A DNA stretch of 64,000 nt from positions 868,001 through 932,000 of the forward strand of contig CBFDEM010000018.1 in assembly GCA_965603825.1 (NCBI GenBank), in the 5' to 3' direction. Of this stretch, positions 48,678-60,797 are shown in pieces; the stretch's first letter is position 1, and every line of letters starts with the position of its first letter. The notes under the pieces are model-generated. The model was not told the origin of the DNA. It searched no databases and saw only the letters and a list, made by a program, of their open reading frames with translations. The position numbers and the translations under genes were made by a program. The stretch comes from Blepharisma stoltei ATCC 30299 (lineage: Eukaryota; Protista; Ciliophora).

Positions 48678-51600
48678 ATGGAATCAAGCAGCATATCATC
48701 TCAATTCTTGCATTATGGCTCGCTAATTACAATCAAAACCGCCGATAATTTTTACCTATACTCCAAAGGTTTTATAGACAACAACCCTATACTACAAGAT
48801 GGCCTCGATAGCGTGAGCGATTTAATTGGGGCTGTATTTCGCATAATCCCTCAATGTATGTTTTCAACCCAAAAAGAAATTCTTCGCTATATTTCTGACA
48901 GCCGAGGAGGCGTTCAATCATCAAAAGTAAGCCGTCTAGAAGAAGCTCTAGATGGCGAAATCAAGACTAATATACATACCTATAACAATTTCAAAGGAGA
49001 AGCTATAAAATATGGTTCTCTTATCCAGCTTGAGCACATTCAAAGCCATAAATTCTTGACACTAAATAGCCAAAAGAGCTCAGAAGTGGAAAGGGAAAAC
49101 CTAAAGCTTTCTCTAGAAGATTACGGCAGCGAGTATTCACATTTCCGGATTGAGCCGAGCTTTCGGTATCAAAAAGAAGGGAACGGGCTAGTAAGATTGA
49201 ATGACAAAGTGCATTTTGAAATTGCAATTCCTGAACTCAATAGAATGGCTTATTTACACTCTAGCAAAGATACACTGATTTTGCCTCCAATCAGCAGACT
49301 GATGACTGGACTTTCAGCATCAGGAAGTGAGGAGCAGCCAAACTCTTTAGAAATCAATGTTTCACTTGATAAGAAAACTCGCTGAGCTATCAATTTGTAT
49401 GCTCCTTTTGTAAAAGATAGCAATCAATATTTATCGTGCGGAGATTATATATGGCTGACTAGAGTTGAAGAACAAGTATGCCTTTGTGCAAATTTTCGTC
49501 AAATGGGCCATCAACGATTGAAAATGATTTTCAATGAAAATTTGAGCGATACAAATGGACTGTGAAAAATTGAAGCTGAAAATCAATACCAAGGTGGGCT
49601 TGTAAATATAGAAAACCGATATAGACTCAAACATATTTCTTCTGGGAAATATCTGACTATAAAAGAAAGAAAAAGTGCTAAACTGGCCAAAGCATCTGTT
49701 AAAACCCTTGAATTTCATAAGCTTAAACTAGGAAAGATCTTACATGCTAATAACTTATGAAAATTTGTTCCTTTAGAAACTAAGCCAGGAAAAAAATTTT
49801 TAGAATCTGAAGAGTTATGCAAGTTAGTCAATGCAAATCTAGATGCTTCATTTATTGGAAAGGAAGTCTTGTCGTCTAAAAATATTACTAAATTTGCTCC
49901 AAGAGTTACTTTTAATGTAGATGAATTGACATATATAAAACTCTCAAGAGCAGGTGGTGCAATTGTATGAGAAACTTTATTTTTGCTTAATTGCTATCCG
50001 ATTTTATGCAGCTTCCCTGAATATGTCTCAAGGAATTCGTCTTTGGTAGAAATGGATAATAAGGCTGTCAAGGAATATGAAAAATATATGATTCTTATCA
50101 ATAAATGCATAAATGATTTAGAACTGTTTTGCAATAATAAGCTGCAAAGTATGGTTGGGATGGATAATCAATATGGAGAAGTCCAAAAAGCAAGGCAAAG
50201 AATGCTGAAGGAACAGCAGTTCTTTGAAGCTCTAGCACAGATTTTAGATTATGCGTTACAAACTGAAAATGAAAAGTCCAGAGTCGAAAAATTGCAGTGG
50301 AATAATAACATGTACGTGGATTATGGCTCCTTAAATCAAGAGCTAACTGATTTCTTTTCACCAAGAGTTCACGACGCTGACCCAGAAAGCATGAGAATCA
50401 AATGCCTGGCACTGGTGATCACAAATACTTATCGACTTATTTCAGTGATTTGTCATAAAAACTACGAAAACCAGCTTTACGCTTTCCAGTTCTTCAAAAT
50501 TTTTATAAAGCATGTAGGACTCAACGTAGGCGCAACAAAATGTATGTTAGATATACTGAGAGAAAACGAAAAATTGCTATTGGAAATCCATGAAGCAAAA
50601 AATGACAACATCATTGCCCACTATACGAATTTATTGAAATTTTATCAGCATGACAAAAAGCCTCAGCTTCTTGATTTCTTGAGAACTATTTGTGTCTATA
50701 AAGGAGACAGCATTGCTGTAAACCAAGAAAAGATTTTTAATTATATTTTTTCCAGCCAAGAAACTAAAGACCAAGTATTGATTTCTACCAGTATAATAAA
50801 TGACGAAATTTATATAATTGGAGAAAAAGGAGAAGACCCTGTTCCATTGAGAAGCTGCTTTTTTGAAGGGAAAATCATTGACTACCCAGGAACTATTATT
50901 TATTTTATCAAGCTATTGGAATTGTACGCTAACTTATGCTTTGGTAGGAATTATATGTGCACAGAGTATCTCAAAGAGCAGTTTTCTTTAAAGTCTTTGC
51001 AAATAATGATAGCAAATGAAAACCTGAGCAAACAGCTGCGAGCTGCACTAGTCAAGCTGTCGCTGTCGATTTATGTTGATACTTATCCAAGAGAAGAGTT
51101 TGTAAAGCCAGAACTTATTAAAGTACTTATCTTAAGGGGTGGGTTTTCTTCAGGTGATGAACTTGTGCGCCACAACACAAGATTTTTATCAGAAGATATG
51201 AAAACGATAAATTTGACTCCTAAAAGTGTTCAAAACATAAGAAAATCTAAAAAATCCATATTAAGAGGGCTAGGAAAAGCAGCTGAAAAAGTACTAAAAT
51301 TTAAAGCGCCAGGGATCGTTACACCTTTAGCAGGAGAAATTGACAGGTTTAATGAAGAGGATAGACTTAGCAAAGATTTTCTTCAAACAGTCATTCGCTA
51401 TTTTGATCATCAGGCAGAGTTGGCAAGCTATGACGTCTTAACTTATGAAATTCTAAGAGTTGCAAACAAGCAGCTAAGATTTGAGCTCTTCGGAACAGTC
51501 TGCACAGATTTTGTAAACGAATACGTTATCAGAGATCCAAGAAGTGGAGCTTTTAGAGTAAAAAATATGGATCTTCTCAGATTTCTAACTTCTGTATCCA

Positions 51601-54600
51601 AAATATTTTTGAAGCAGCATCCATCAGTTTCAGAAAGATCAAAGATGTATAAAAAAAGAGCTTCAAAGTTATTTGCAGAAGATGAAGAAGACTCAGGCAA
51701 AAAGACAATTAAATCTACATTTCTGACAGGCTTGCTAAATGATCCTACCAGTTTATCTGACCCTATTATCAGATGTGCAGCCAATTTGAGAAATTTTCTG
51801 TATCTCTTAAGACAATCTGCTTTGCAAAACCCTGACCAAAAAAATTACGAAAATAGAATAAAAATCAAAATCTGCCGAATGCTTCATTATTACCTTGACT
51901 GACGACAAGAATTCTTAATCAATAATATTACTCAATGGTTCAATACTCTTGAAGACACAAGAAACTGAAAGACTGAAATAAACATAAAAAATCTCCTTCC
52001 AAAAGTGATGAAAATTTCTAAGTCTTCAAATATAACACCAAGCTTAGAGAGCATGGTAGCAGAAATCTACAATTCAGATTTCAATAAATATTATAACCCG
52101 AAAATCCCAGATCTTAATGCAATTTCTGAGAAGCCGATCCTTTATCAGCTCTTAAAAGTGTTTATTTCCTCTACAGACCATTTACTCCAATCTCTCACAG
52201 TGAAGCTTATAATCAGATGTTTTAAACAAAGGGAAGAGTTTTTGCTATCAGTTAAGCGGCTCTATGTTATTAGCAGTGAAGGCGATAAATTATTACTAAG
52301 GTGGGTCAAAAAGAGCCTTACTAGTTTTAGACAATATAGCGAGCAAAGTGAACTGTGACTGAATTATTGGAAACAAAATGATTATCTGAAAGTCAAATAT
52401 TGGGAAAATTTCCAAAGTGTTATGGATTTCCTTGTCAAGCTTGGCAATATCTTTTATGAGGATACTTATATAAAAGATGGAGAGCCAAGCATAGGAAATA
52501 AAGGAACGATTTCTAAAGCAAGACAAGACATGCTTTACTACTTAGGCGCCCATAATCTTATTATAAGACTACTAAAAGATGGGATGCATACACTTGCTGA
52601 TTTATATGAAGCTCCTAATGAGCACATACAGGAGCCAAGACTGCATATAAGAGAACTATTCACACAGTGCCACAAAATCCTCAGGAGATTCGTATATATG
52701 CACACTCGAAACCAAAAAAGATTGCATAAACACATTCATGTATTTTTACAACATTTGAGGATCGATGTAGACCAAATCCCTTTAATTTGCGAAATTTATA
52801 AAGATAACTATAGCTTGCTGTCACAAATAAATAAAGATATTTTAAAAAGGTTTAAAAAAGTCATATACTCTGAAGGTAGAAGACCTATCTATTTGGAATT
52901 TTTAGATGTCATTCAGACATCTAAAGGAAAAGCTCTGTCGCAAAATCAAAGATATGTTATAAACTTCTTTGTTAAAGAAGAATTTAATAGATTTTTGCTG
53001 TATATGAATAATGAACCCGAGCCAGAATTTATTTTTGAGGCTGAGAGACCTAAAAATGCCAGTTGATCATATCAGGATATTCCCTATGAATATCATGGAA
53101 AACTACTAACTGTATTATCAAAATGTGGATTTGGAGTAAGCGGAATGTATTTAAATGAAGCAAAATGCCAGAAAATATTTAGGCTGCCAAGTATTTTCCG
53201 ATTACTTGAACATGCAGAAAATAAAAGCAACCCTTTTTATCGACTTAAAATTCCTATCTTAGACTTTTTATTCAATATTTATATTGACTGCGAAAAAACT
53301 AATGATGATGTAAAAGAATCTGCTGATTTTATTTCCTACATGAAATCACAGGTCGAGTTTGTTTCAAAAATATCCTCCCTTGACAGCTCTTATGTGATGT
53401 TTTTACAAATATGGGTAAAAATCCTGACAAAATATAGTAACTCTCACTTAAATACTCGAGAAGCATATATAGAGACCAAAGAGGATTTCCTAGCAATAAA
53501 AGCTTATACGCAAGCTTTATTTGATAATCATAAGATTTTCTACTCAAGGAAAGTTCCAGAATCATTGATTCAAAACATTTCGATCCTTTGCAGTAAATTT
53601 GGGCTTGAATTTCCTATAATCCAATACGAAGAATATCATGATATTGCTATGGATCCCTTTGATTCTTTAGTTTTACTTCGGGATGACTCAAAATACGAGC
53701 TTAAAGATTATTCAAGTGAAGCAATAGAGTGCTGAAACCAAGTAAAAGAAGAGTTATTATATGATGACGGGATAAAAGAATACTTGAAACTTGAACAAAA
53801 AGCTTTAAATATAGCAATATATAGAGCTGAAGATTTAGGAGAAGGCCTTACCTTTGAAAATATTATCGAGTCGCTTATCAATTTTATCAGGTCAAGCAGA
53901 TCTCAGCAAGATGAAATTGACACCATAGTTAGCGCTATTGAGCTATTGGCCTCATTAATAGAAAATCCTGTATGCAACCCATACGACGATGCTGAAGAAA
54001 TAAAGGTAAAAATTCAAGATCAGCTGAATAGCTTTGGGGTAAGCCGAGTTGTGCTTGCTCTTATGTGCGACCCTGAAGTCAATAAACAAGTTTTTCACGC
54101 TCTGCTTGAATTATCAATTCAATTACTTGACGGAGGCAATGATAAAGTTCAGCAAGAATTTTATCAGTATTTTATAGGAGTTGCTGGATCGGAGTATTTC
54201 TTTGAAAAAATCCACAATACCTTGCTTGAAAATGTCTCAAAACTTGCCAGCGGGCATATTTCTGAAATAACAAGAGTTCCTGTATATAAATCGAAAAAAG
54301 TTCAAATGAGACGAATCCTGAGAGTTCTGCAGCTTTTTTGTGAAGGCCACTTTACTAAGCTGCAAAACTATATAAGACATCAAGAAAAATCGAGAGCTAG
54401 CTATAATATTATTGATGACATTGTATCATTATTGGACATGCTACTGAAAAAAATGTACTTCAAGCACTTTTTCGAAATTTCTCAATGCTTTGACACTCTC
54501 ACTGAAGCAATTCAAGGCCCTTGCAAAGAAAATCAAGAAAGTATCATTGACGGCAAATTTTTGGAGCTTGCTGCCTATTTATTGTCTCTCGACGAAAATA

Positions 54601-56729
54601 GTGGTGGAGTCCAAGTTTATGAAGCTCTTAAAGGAGATCGTGATTTTATTCACTTAGAAACTATTAAATCATCCCAGTCAGCAGAGCAATTAGAAACCAT
54701 CAGTGGATGGATGATTTCTCACTTGAAATACAAGTGCATGATTACTCTGCTTAGTCTTCTTGAAGGACGTAACGATAATTACGTTATATCTAGAATCATT
54801 CGTGCTTTTAATGTTGAAATTTTTAAAGAAAACTTAATCAGTATTTATGATGGATACACAAAGCTCTATAAGAAAGTAACCTACACTGACCAGATCTTTA
54901 GCCATCATGCAAAAAACGATAAATATCAATTCGGATTCCCTGATAATCCTCAAGATAAAAATCCTGAGTATTTTACTGTAATCATAGAGGTGGGATTTAT
55001 GATTTTCCATCTAATGAAAAGCTTTCACGACAATGATGATCCTGAAAACCGTGAAGTTGTAGAAGAAGAACTCCCAGAGCTTGAGCTTGAAGAAGACACA
55101 AATGTTTTCTTTGCAAAAAAGATTTTGGGAGATTTAGGGAAAGTGGGATTTGCACTTGTCAAGGACACCATGAATACTGTTGCAAAAGCAACTGATATGC
55201 TATCTCTCAGAGATTCAAGAGGTCCTGCTTTAGAGAAATCAGGGATTTTAGAAGCTGCTTATGAATTTTTTGGGAAATATACAGGAAATATTGAAGTCGT
55301 TTTCAATGGATCTTTAACAAAAGTATATTTCTCGCTTCCTCCTGAATTTGTAGGCTTGAACAAAGAAATCAAAGAAAATTTCCATAATAACGCTGATAGA
55401 ACTTCAGACCAAACCAAGCTTCGATACCTGATGATGAAAGCAGACGGAATAGTTGAGCAAATCAAAAACAATCATAAGATGGAAATGCTGTTTCAAAAGT
55501 ACCCATTTGTGTCTGTGCTTACTTCCAATGTCACATTATGGGGAGAGTTGGTATTTTACTTAACACTTATTTTGAACTTTTTTATCATTTTTTCATATGC
55601 GTATTATGGGGATATGACTCTATACAAGCCTTCTTTGTTTTATGAAGAAACTGGGAGTGATGTAGATGGCGGGCTCAATTCTGATGATACTAAGCAGGCA
55701 ATAGAAGCTATTGGTATAGTGCTGGTGGTTTGCACCGTTTTTATTGTTGGAGTGTTCTTATTGAAAACTGGTCCAGTTCTTGCAAAGCGTGGCTGAAATA
55801 AAAATGCACCAACCATTGAGTTTTGGAAAAGCAACCCATCAAAACGGAAAATCGCCTTAAAAAGACTTAAACAATCATTATGAACTCTTTTATATGTATG
55901 AAGCAACTGAAATGTGATCTACTATTGTCTTTACTTTGCTATTGCTTTATGCGGAGTAGTTGTTCATCCTTTCTACTTCTCTCTTTTGCTTTTAGATATG
56001 CTTTATCGCTATCCTGCATTGCAAAATGTGATAAAATCTATCACAATGCCCAAGAAAGCATTAATTTTGACCTTCATTTTTATGCTTGTTATTGTCTATA
56101 TCTTTGGCTTGGTTGGCTTTTGAAAATTTTCAGAGTACTTTAATGGTAACTGTCCAAGCTTATTTTACTGCTTTCTTAATGTCTGGGATAAAGGCTTCAA
56201 GGCAAATGGAGGTATAGGAGGATACTTAAAGCAATGGACTGACGGCTCAATGAACACAGGCAGGCTTATTTATGATAATCTTTACAATATCATTATTATG
56301 ATCATTATGCTAAACATTGTGCAGGGTATCATTATTGATACATTTGCAATATTAAGAGAAGCTCATGAGCGAAACACTTCTGATAGAGAAAACAAGTGCT
56401 ATATTTGTGGAATGGAAAGAGATTTGATAGAAAGAGTTACAAGCAAACCTTTTAGATATCATACGCTTAGGGAACACCATGAATGAAACTATATTCTTTA
56501 TATAGCTTACTTGAGAGCGAAAGAAGAAACTGAGTACACAGGGATTGAAAGTTATGTGAGAGAGCAGATTGATAACAAAGATTTTCAATGGTTTCCACAG
56601 CATCAAGCACTCTCAGTAAAAGAAGAATCAAACACAGAAGAAAAAAGGCTGCTTGACAGTGCTTTGAGGATGGAGGAAAAATTAGCACTGATGGAAGAAG
56701 AAATCAAGAAATTTAAGAACATTTATTAA
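48678..56729 (+). CDS. ITPR: Inositol 1,4,5-trisphosphate/ryanodine receptor-like Ca2+ release channel (about 2683 aa)
   Basis: Nine ORF fragments, all in one frame and joined by TGA. N-terminal 'FLHYGSLITI', 'IQLEHIQSHKFL'; RIH-associated 'LQLFCEGH..LQNYIRHQ', 'TLTEAIQGPCKENQ'; pore 'GIIIDTFAILRE', 'CYICG'. Confidence 0.93.
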
Positions 56730-56839
56730 GCAATGTTCCTATAAAAACTAAATTGATAAATTAATTTTATTTGAATTTTGAGAATATAAAATTGAATTTC
56801 AAATATTGATAGCCATTTATAGGAAACATATTATTATTG

Positions 56840-57538
56840 TTATTGGTTTCCTGATTTTTGTTCTTTGATATGATTAGCATTTATTTTCTCATCAGCTAGC
56901 CTTTTCAAAAAATTCCGTCATCCTCTCGCTTCAAGAAGCGCTCCTTTCTCATAATTGCAAATTGTATTTATCCAGCTTTCTTCATTAGCATTCTCTCCAA
57001 ACCATCCAGTAACTTCATCAACACAATACCTTTTAGCTTTTTTTAACTCTTCTATATACATTCTATTTTTTATTTCATTTGAATGGATGCTTTGACCAGT
57101 AACAACGAGTCGTCCCAATGTTTCTAGAGAAATATCAATAATTTTCTCAATCTTTTCTCTTATTATATCTATTTCTATAATATTCTGAGATCCAACGTCA
57201 AAAATTTGAAAAAAGAGCCTTGCTTTGATTTCTGGTTTTCCTTTACTTAGAAGTATTCCGATAATTAATACATCTTCTAAATTGATATCTCCATCCCGGC
57301 TCCTTAATTTATTCCACAAGTCGCTGATCTTCAAATTCAACCCATAGTTGCAGATTCGAAATCCCAAAATTCCAGATGTTCTTTCAAGTTGCCCTTGGTT
57401 AAGTTTATTGTTATAACTAAACTTCCTTAATACTAAATCTACTTGAAGTGGATTTACTTTATCAAAGCAAAGTCCTAGCTCAGCGTTTTCTATTGCAAAT
57501 TCTTCACTATTCGAAGGTCTAGCTTCAATACATCCCAT
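56840..57538 (-). CDS. Acylated protein with degenerate EF-hand (calcineurin B/NCS-like)
   Basis: MGC start; 'KARLFFQIFDVGSQNIIE'; extends through TGA 56918 to TAA 56840. Confidence 0.7.
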
Positions 57539-57541
57539 ATT

Positions 57542-58492
57542 ATGAATACTTTTAGCTATTCTCAAGAGGTAAGAGAAGCTTTAAGTAGAAACTTGCCAAT
57601 TGTCGCCCTAGAAAGCACTATTGTTTCTCATGGAATGCCTTATCCAGACAATGTTCGAACTGCTATAGAAGTCGAAAACGTAATCAGACATCATGGAGCA
57701 ATCCCAGCTACTATTGCAATTTTGCATGGAATTATTCACATTGGTTTGGATAGAGACTCACTTGAAGAAATAGGTAGGGCTGGACTATCATGCGTAAAAT
57801 GCTCACGAAGAAATTTGCCTCACGTAATCAGCAAAAAATTGCATGGATCCACGACTGTGGCTGCAACAATGTTTTTAGCTCACAAAGCTGGATTGAAGTT
57901 TTTTGTGACTGGAGGGATTGGAGGAGTTCATAGAGGAGCTGAAGAAACTTGGGATGTAAGTGCAGACTTAATTGAGCTTGGAAGAACCCCAGTGACTGTA
58001 ATTTGTGCAGGAGCAAAAAGTATTTTGGATATACCAAAAACGTTGGAGTATTTAGAAACACAAGGAGTCCCTGTTGTTGGATTTGGGACTGATCATTTTC
58101 CAGCATTTTTTTCTCCCAGTTCTGGATGTGAAGTTATGTGCAGATTGGACACCCCAAGAGAATGTGCAGATATGATGAGGGCTAATGAAAGCTTGGGGCT
58201 AAATAATGGAATTTTAATTGGAGTGCCACTACAAGAGACAGATATTGCGGTGAATTCAGAAGCTGCTATACAGACTGCTTTGGTTGAAGCAAAGGACCAA
58301 AGAATTATTGGAGCGAGAGTGACCCCATTCTTATTGCAAAGAGTAAATGAGCTTAGTGGAGGAGAGAGCTTGAAGGCCAATATAGCTCTGATTAAAAATA
58401 ATGCTATGATAGGTGCTCTTATCGCTAAAGAGTACAACTTAGCAGATCAAGAAAATAATTCTAATCTGAGGAACGAAGAAAGAAACGATTAG
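57542..58492 (+). CDS. psuG: Pseudouridine-5'-phosphate glycosidase (PsuG/IndA family)
   Basis: 'VALESTIVSHGMPYPDN', 'TGGIGGVHRG', 'DVSADL', 'GAKSILDIPKTLEYLETQGV', 'VTPFLL'. Confidence 0.95.
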   Translation: MNTFSYSQEVREALSRNLPIVALESTIVSHGMPYPDNVRTAIEVENVIRHHGAIPATIAILHGIIHIGLDRDSLEEIGRAGLSCVKCSRRNLPHVISKKLHGSTTVAATMFLAHKAGLKFFVTGGIGGVHRGAEETWDVSADLIELGRTPVTVICAGAKSILDIPKTLEYLETQGVPVVGFGTDHFPAFFSPSSGCEVMCRLDTPRECADMMRANESLGLNNGILIGVPLQETDIAVNSEAAIQTALVEAKDQRIIGARVTPFLLQRVNELSGGESLKANIALIKNNAMIGALIAKEYNLADQENNSNLRNEERND

Positions 58493-58580
58493 TTAAATAT
58501 TATTGGCCAAATATTTCTATTTAATTCTGGCTTTAGAAATTTATCTACTAATTATATTGCCAATTAAAATCGTTTAAAAC

Positions 58581-59105
58581 TTAGCTCGTTATTAATGGCT
58601 TCGCAACTTTTCTTGGGAATCTTTGAGAAGATTGAAGATCAATCATTTCTTCCCAATTATAAGGCATCAATCTTTCTCCATTATTTCAAGCCAAAACAAC
58701 TCCTAACTCTGTTTCTGCGGTTGATAAGTAAAATGATTTTGCATCTCCAAGTGAAATGATCCTTGCTTTAACAATATCCCCAGGCTGGAAGCATTTATCA
58801 ATTTGCAATTTTTCGATTTCATGCTTTCTTACATCAGATAATCTAATAATTCCTAAAAATGAGCCTTTTAAAGCTCTTTCTTCTACTGCCAAAATATTTG
58901 CTTGAGCATTGTTAAGTGTGAGTTTGACAATTCTGCACAGCACAATATTTCCAATTCTAGGGATTATCTGGCCTTTGTTTATTACAGAAGCATGGCCGTT
59001 TTCAATAGAAACATCTCCGCATACTGTAGCTCGTAATGAATTTTTGTATTTATAAGTCCCTTCACCTCCTTCCATATCAGGTAAAATTGACCCTGGAAAA
59101 AGCAT
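58581..59105 (-). CDS. CSL4: Exosome complex component CSL4
   Basis: S1 domain 'GIIRLSDVR', 'FQPGDIVKARIISLGD..YLSTAETELGVV'; after TGA 'PRKVAKP'. Confidence 0.92.
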
Positions 59106-59262
59106 TTTTATATTGAAGATTATAGTGTCATATTTAAAACTAGCAAAGATTTTTATATTTGAATTTAATTGGAAATATAAACATTATAATTTTTACAATG
59201 TTATATCTTTATAATAATAACTTTAAGATTTTTAATTGGTTAATCTTAAAATTAAAAATTAA

Positions 59263-59685
59263 TTACTTCCTCTTACCTCTGGCTCTTTCTGCAAAAGTGG
59301 CTATTTTTTCCCATACTCCATCCATCAAAATTAAGATTGCTGCCATAAGTGCCAAGTTGGCCAAGCAAACTTGAAAAATTTCTTCAGTAGGAGCTGAAAA
59401 TGGGTTATACACAAAGAAATTTCCTAGTAAAATGATATAAAATAGCATTTCGCCCACTTCTTCAACTTTTAACAAAAATAAAATTGAAAAAAGTAAAATC
59501 GCGCCTCCGTAGGCTTGTATAACTATTTTGGCATCTGGAGTATGAAGTGTAATATAACTCGCATAATAAGTTGCAGGATTACTCCAGATGAATAAGTATA
59601 GCTCTGGCTTTGTAAGCATTCTTAGGCCTATAATGATCAAGATACCCATCAGCAAGAACTTCCCTGACTGTTTGCTTAGTCCCAT
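59263..59685 (-). CDS. Small multipass membrane protein (possibly DoxX/HR-lesion-like)
   Basis: Four hydrophobic segments, 'YNPF', 'NLALMAAIL', basic C-terminus. Confidence 0.65.
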   Translation of the reverse strand: MGLSKQSGKFLLMGILIIIGLRMLTKPELYLFIWSNPATYYASYITLHTPDAKIVIQAYGGAILLFSILFLLKVEEVGEMLFYIILLGNFFVYNPFSAPTEEIFQVCLANLALMAAILILMDGVWEKIATFAERARGKRK

Positions 59686-59712
59686 TTTTATTAATTTAGA
59701 TATTTAATTAAA

Positions 59713-60471
59713 TTATTCAGGGTTTATTCTTTTATCAAACCAATCTACAACGTCATCTCTGCAAGCATCAAGCTCTCTTAAAATTTTATTTTTCGATAAA
59801 TTAATTTGTTTTTCTAGAGAGGCTTCTTTTGATTCCTCAACTGAGCATATTAACTGTTTGGATTTTTGAGGGGAGTGAAAATGTTTTTCTCTGCCTTTTC
59901 AGAGCCGAAGAGGTTTTAGCTGCCAACTCATTGCTTCTTTTTCTTCTTTATATGATTTATCAAGAATGCCTGATCTTAGAGAATCTAAAATGGTTTCACA
60001 ATGATCTGAATCAGGTTTTGAAAGCAGAGACTTAGTTCTCATAAATCTATCTCGTATGTTTCTATAATGAATCTTCTTAGAAATCTCTATGTTAGGTAAA
60101 TGAATTGGGTTACGGTTTTTTATAAGGTCTTCTATATAAATTTCTTTATCTGTAAAAGGTGTTGGAGTTTCTGATTTTTTAGAATTTTTGTAGCGAAATG
60201 GAGAATGATATTCTGGATTAGGAAGATCAGATATATTAAAAGTAGTCTTTTGCACAGGCTTCGAATTCGCTATAACTTCTTTGTGAGGACTTGGCTTTCG
60301 AGGCAAAAGTTTTGATTTTATTTTTTTGATTTTGAAGGTTAAATATTCATTTTCAACATCGGTTATTAGAGCTGGAGATAGGGAAAAGTTGATTTCTTGT
60401 TTTCGATACATACAGTCGATTGGGTTGAGCTTATTGCATTTTCATCTTGTGCTTCTTAAATGCAAATCCAT
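59713..60471 (-). CDS. Uncharacterised basic protein
   Basis: ORF 59899-60411 extended in both directions through TGA. Confidence 0.65.
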
Positions 60472-60797
60472 TATTTTGAGATAAAAGCATTAAGTCCAAA
60501 TTTAATAATGTTAACGGAAAATTAAATAATTATTTGCATATGTTCAATTGTTATAAAAACTCTAAACTAATTATTCTTCATAACAATTCCATAAATTGAT
60601 ATTAAATATTAAGGGCTTCATCACTGAAAAGCTTAGTGGCTTTGCTCTGAAATACTAATTAGCTTATTTTATTGCATTTTCTTAAAAACTTCTTAAAATT
60701 ATAAGCGAATTTATCTTTTATTATTAAAATAAAATAAAGAATGCGTTTTTCTTATTTTTCAATAGATATTTGTTTTGTTGATTACGTATCAATAAAT

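Noticed and set aside
48678-56729. Fragmented ORFs interpreted as pseudogenes or selenoproteins
   Set aside because: All breaks are in-frame TGA, several at conserved Trp sites; there is no redox Cys/Sec context and no SECIS was found
60612-60658. Single hairpin with internal loop resembling an H/ACA half
   Set aside because: No partner hairpin with an ACA box on the same strand
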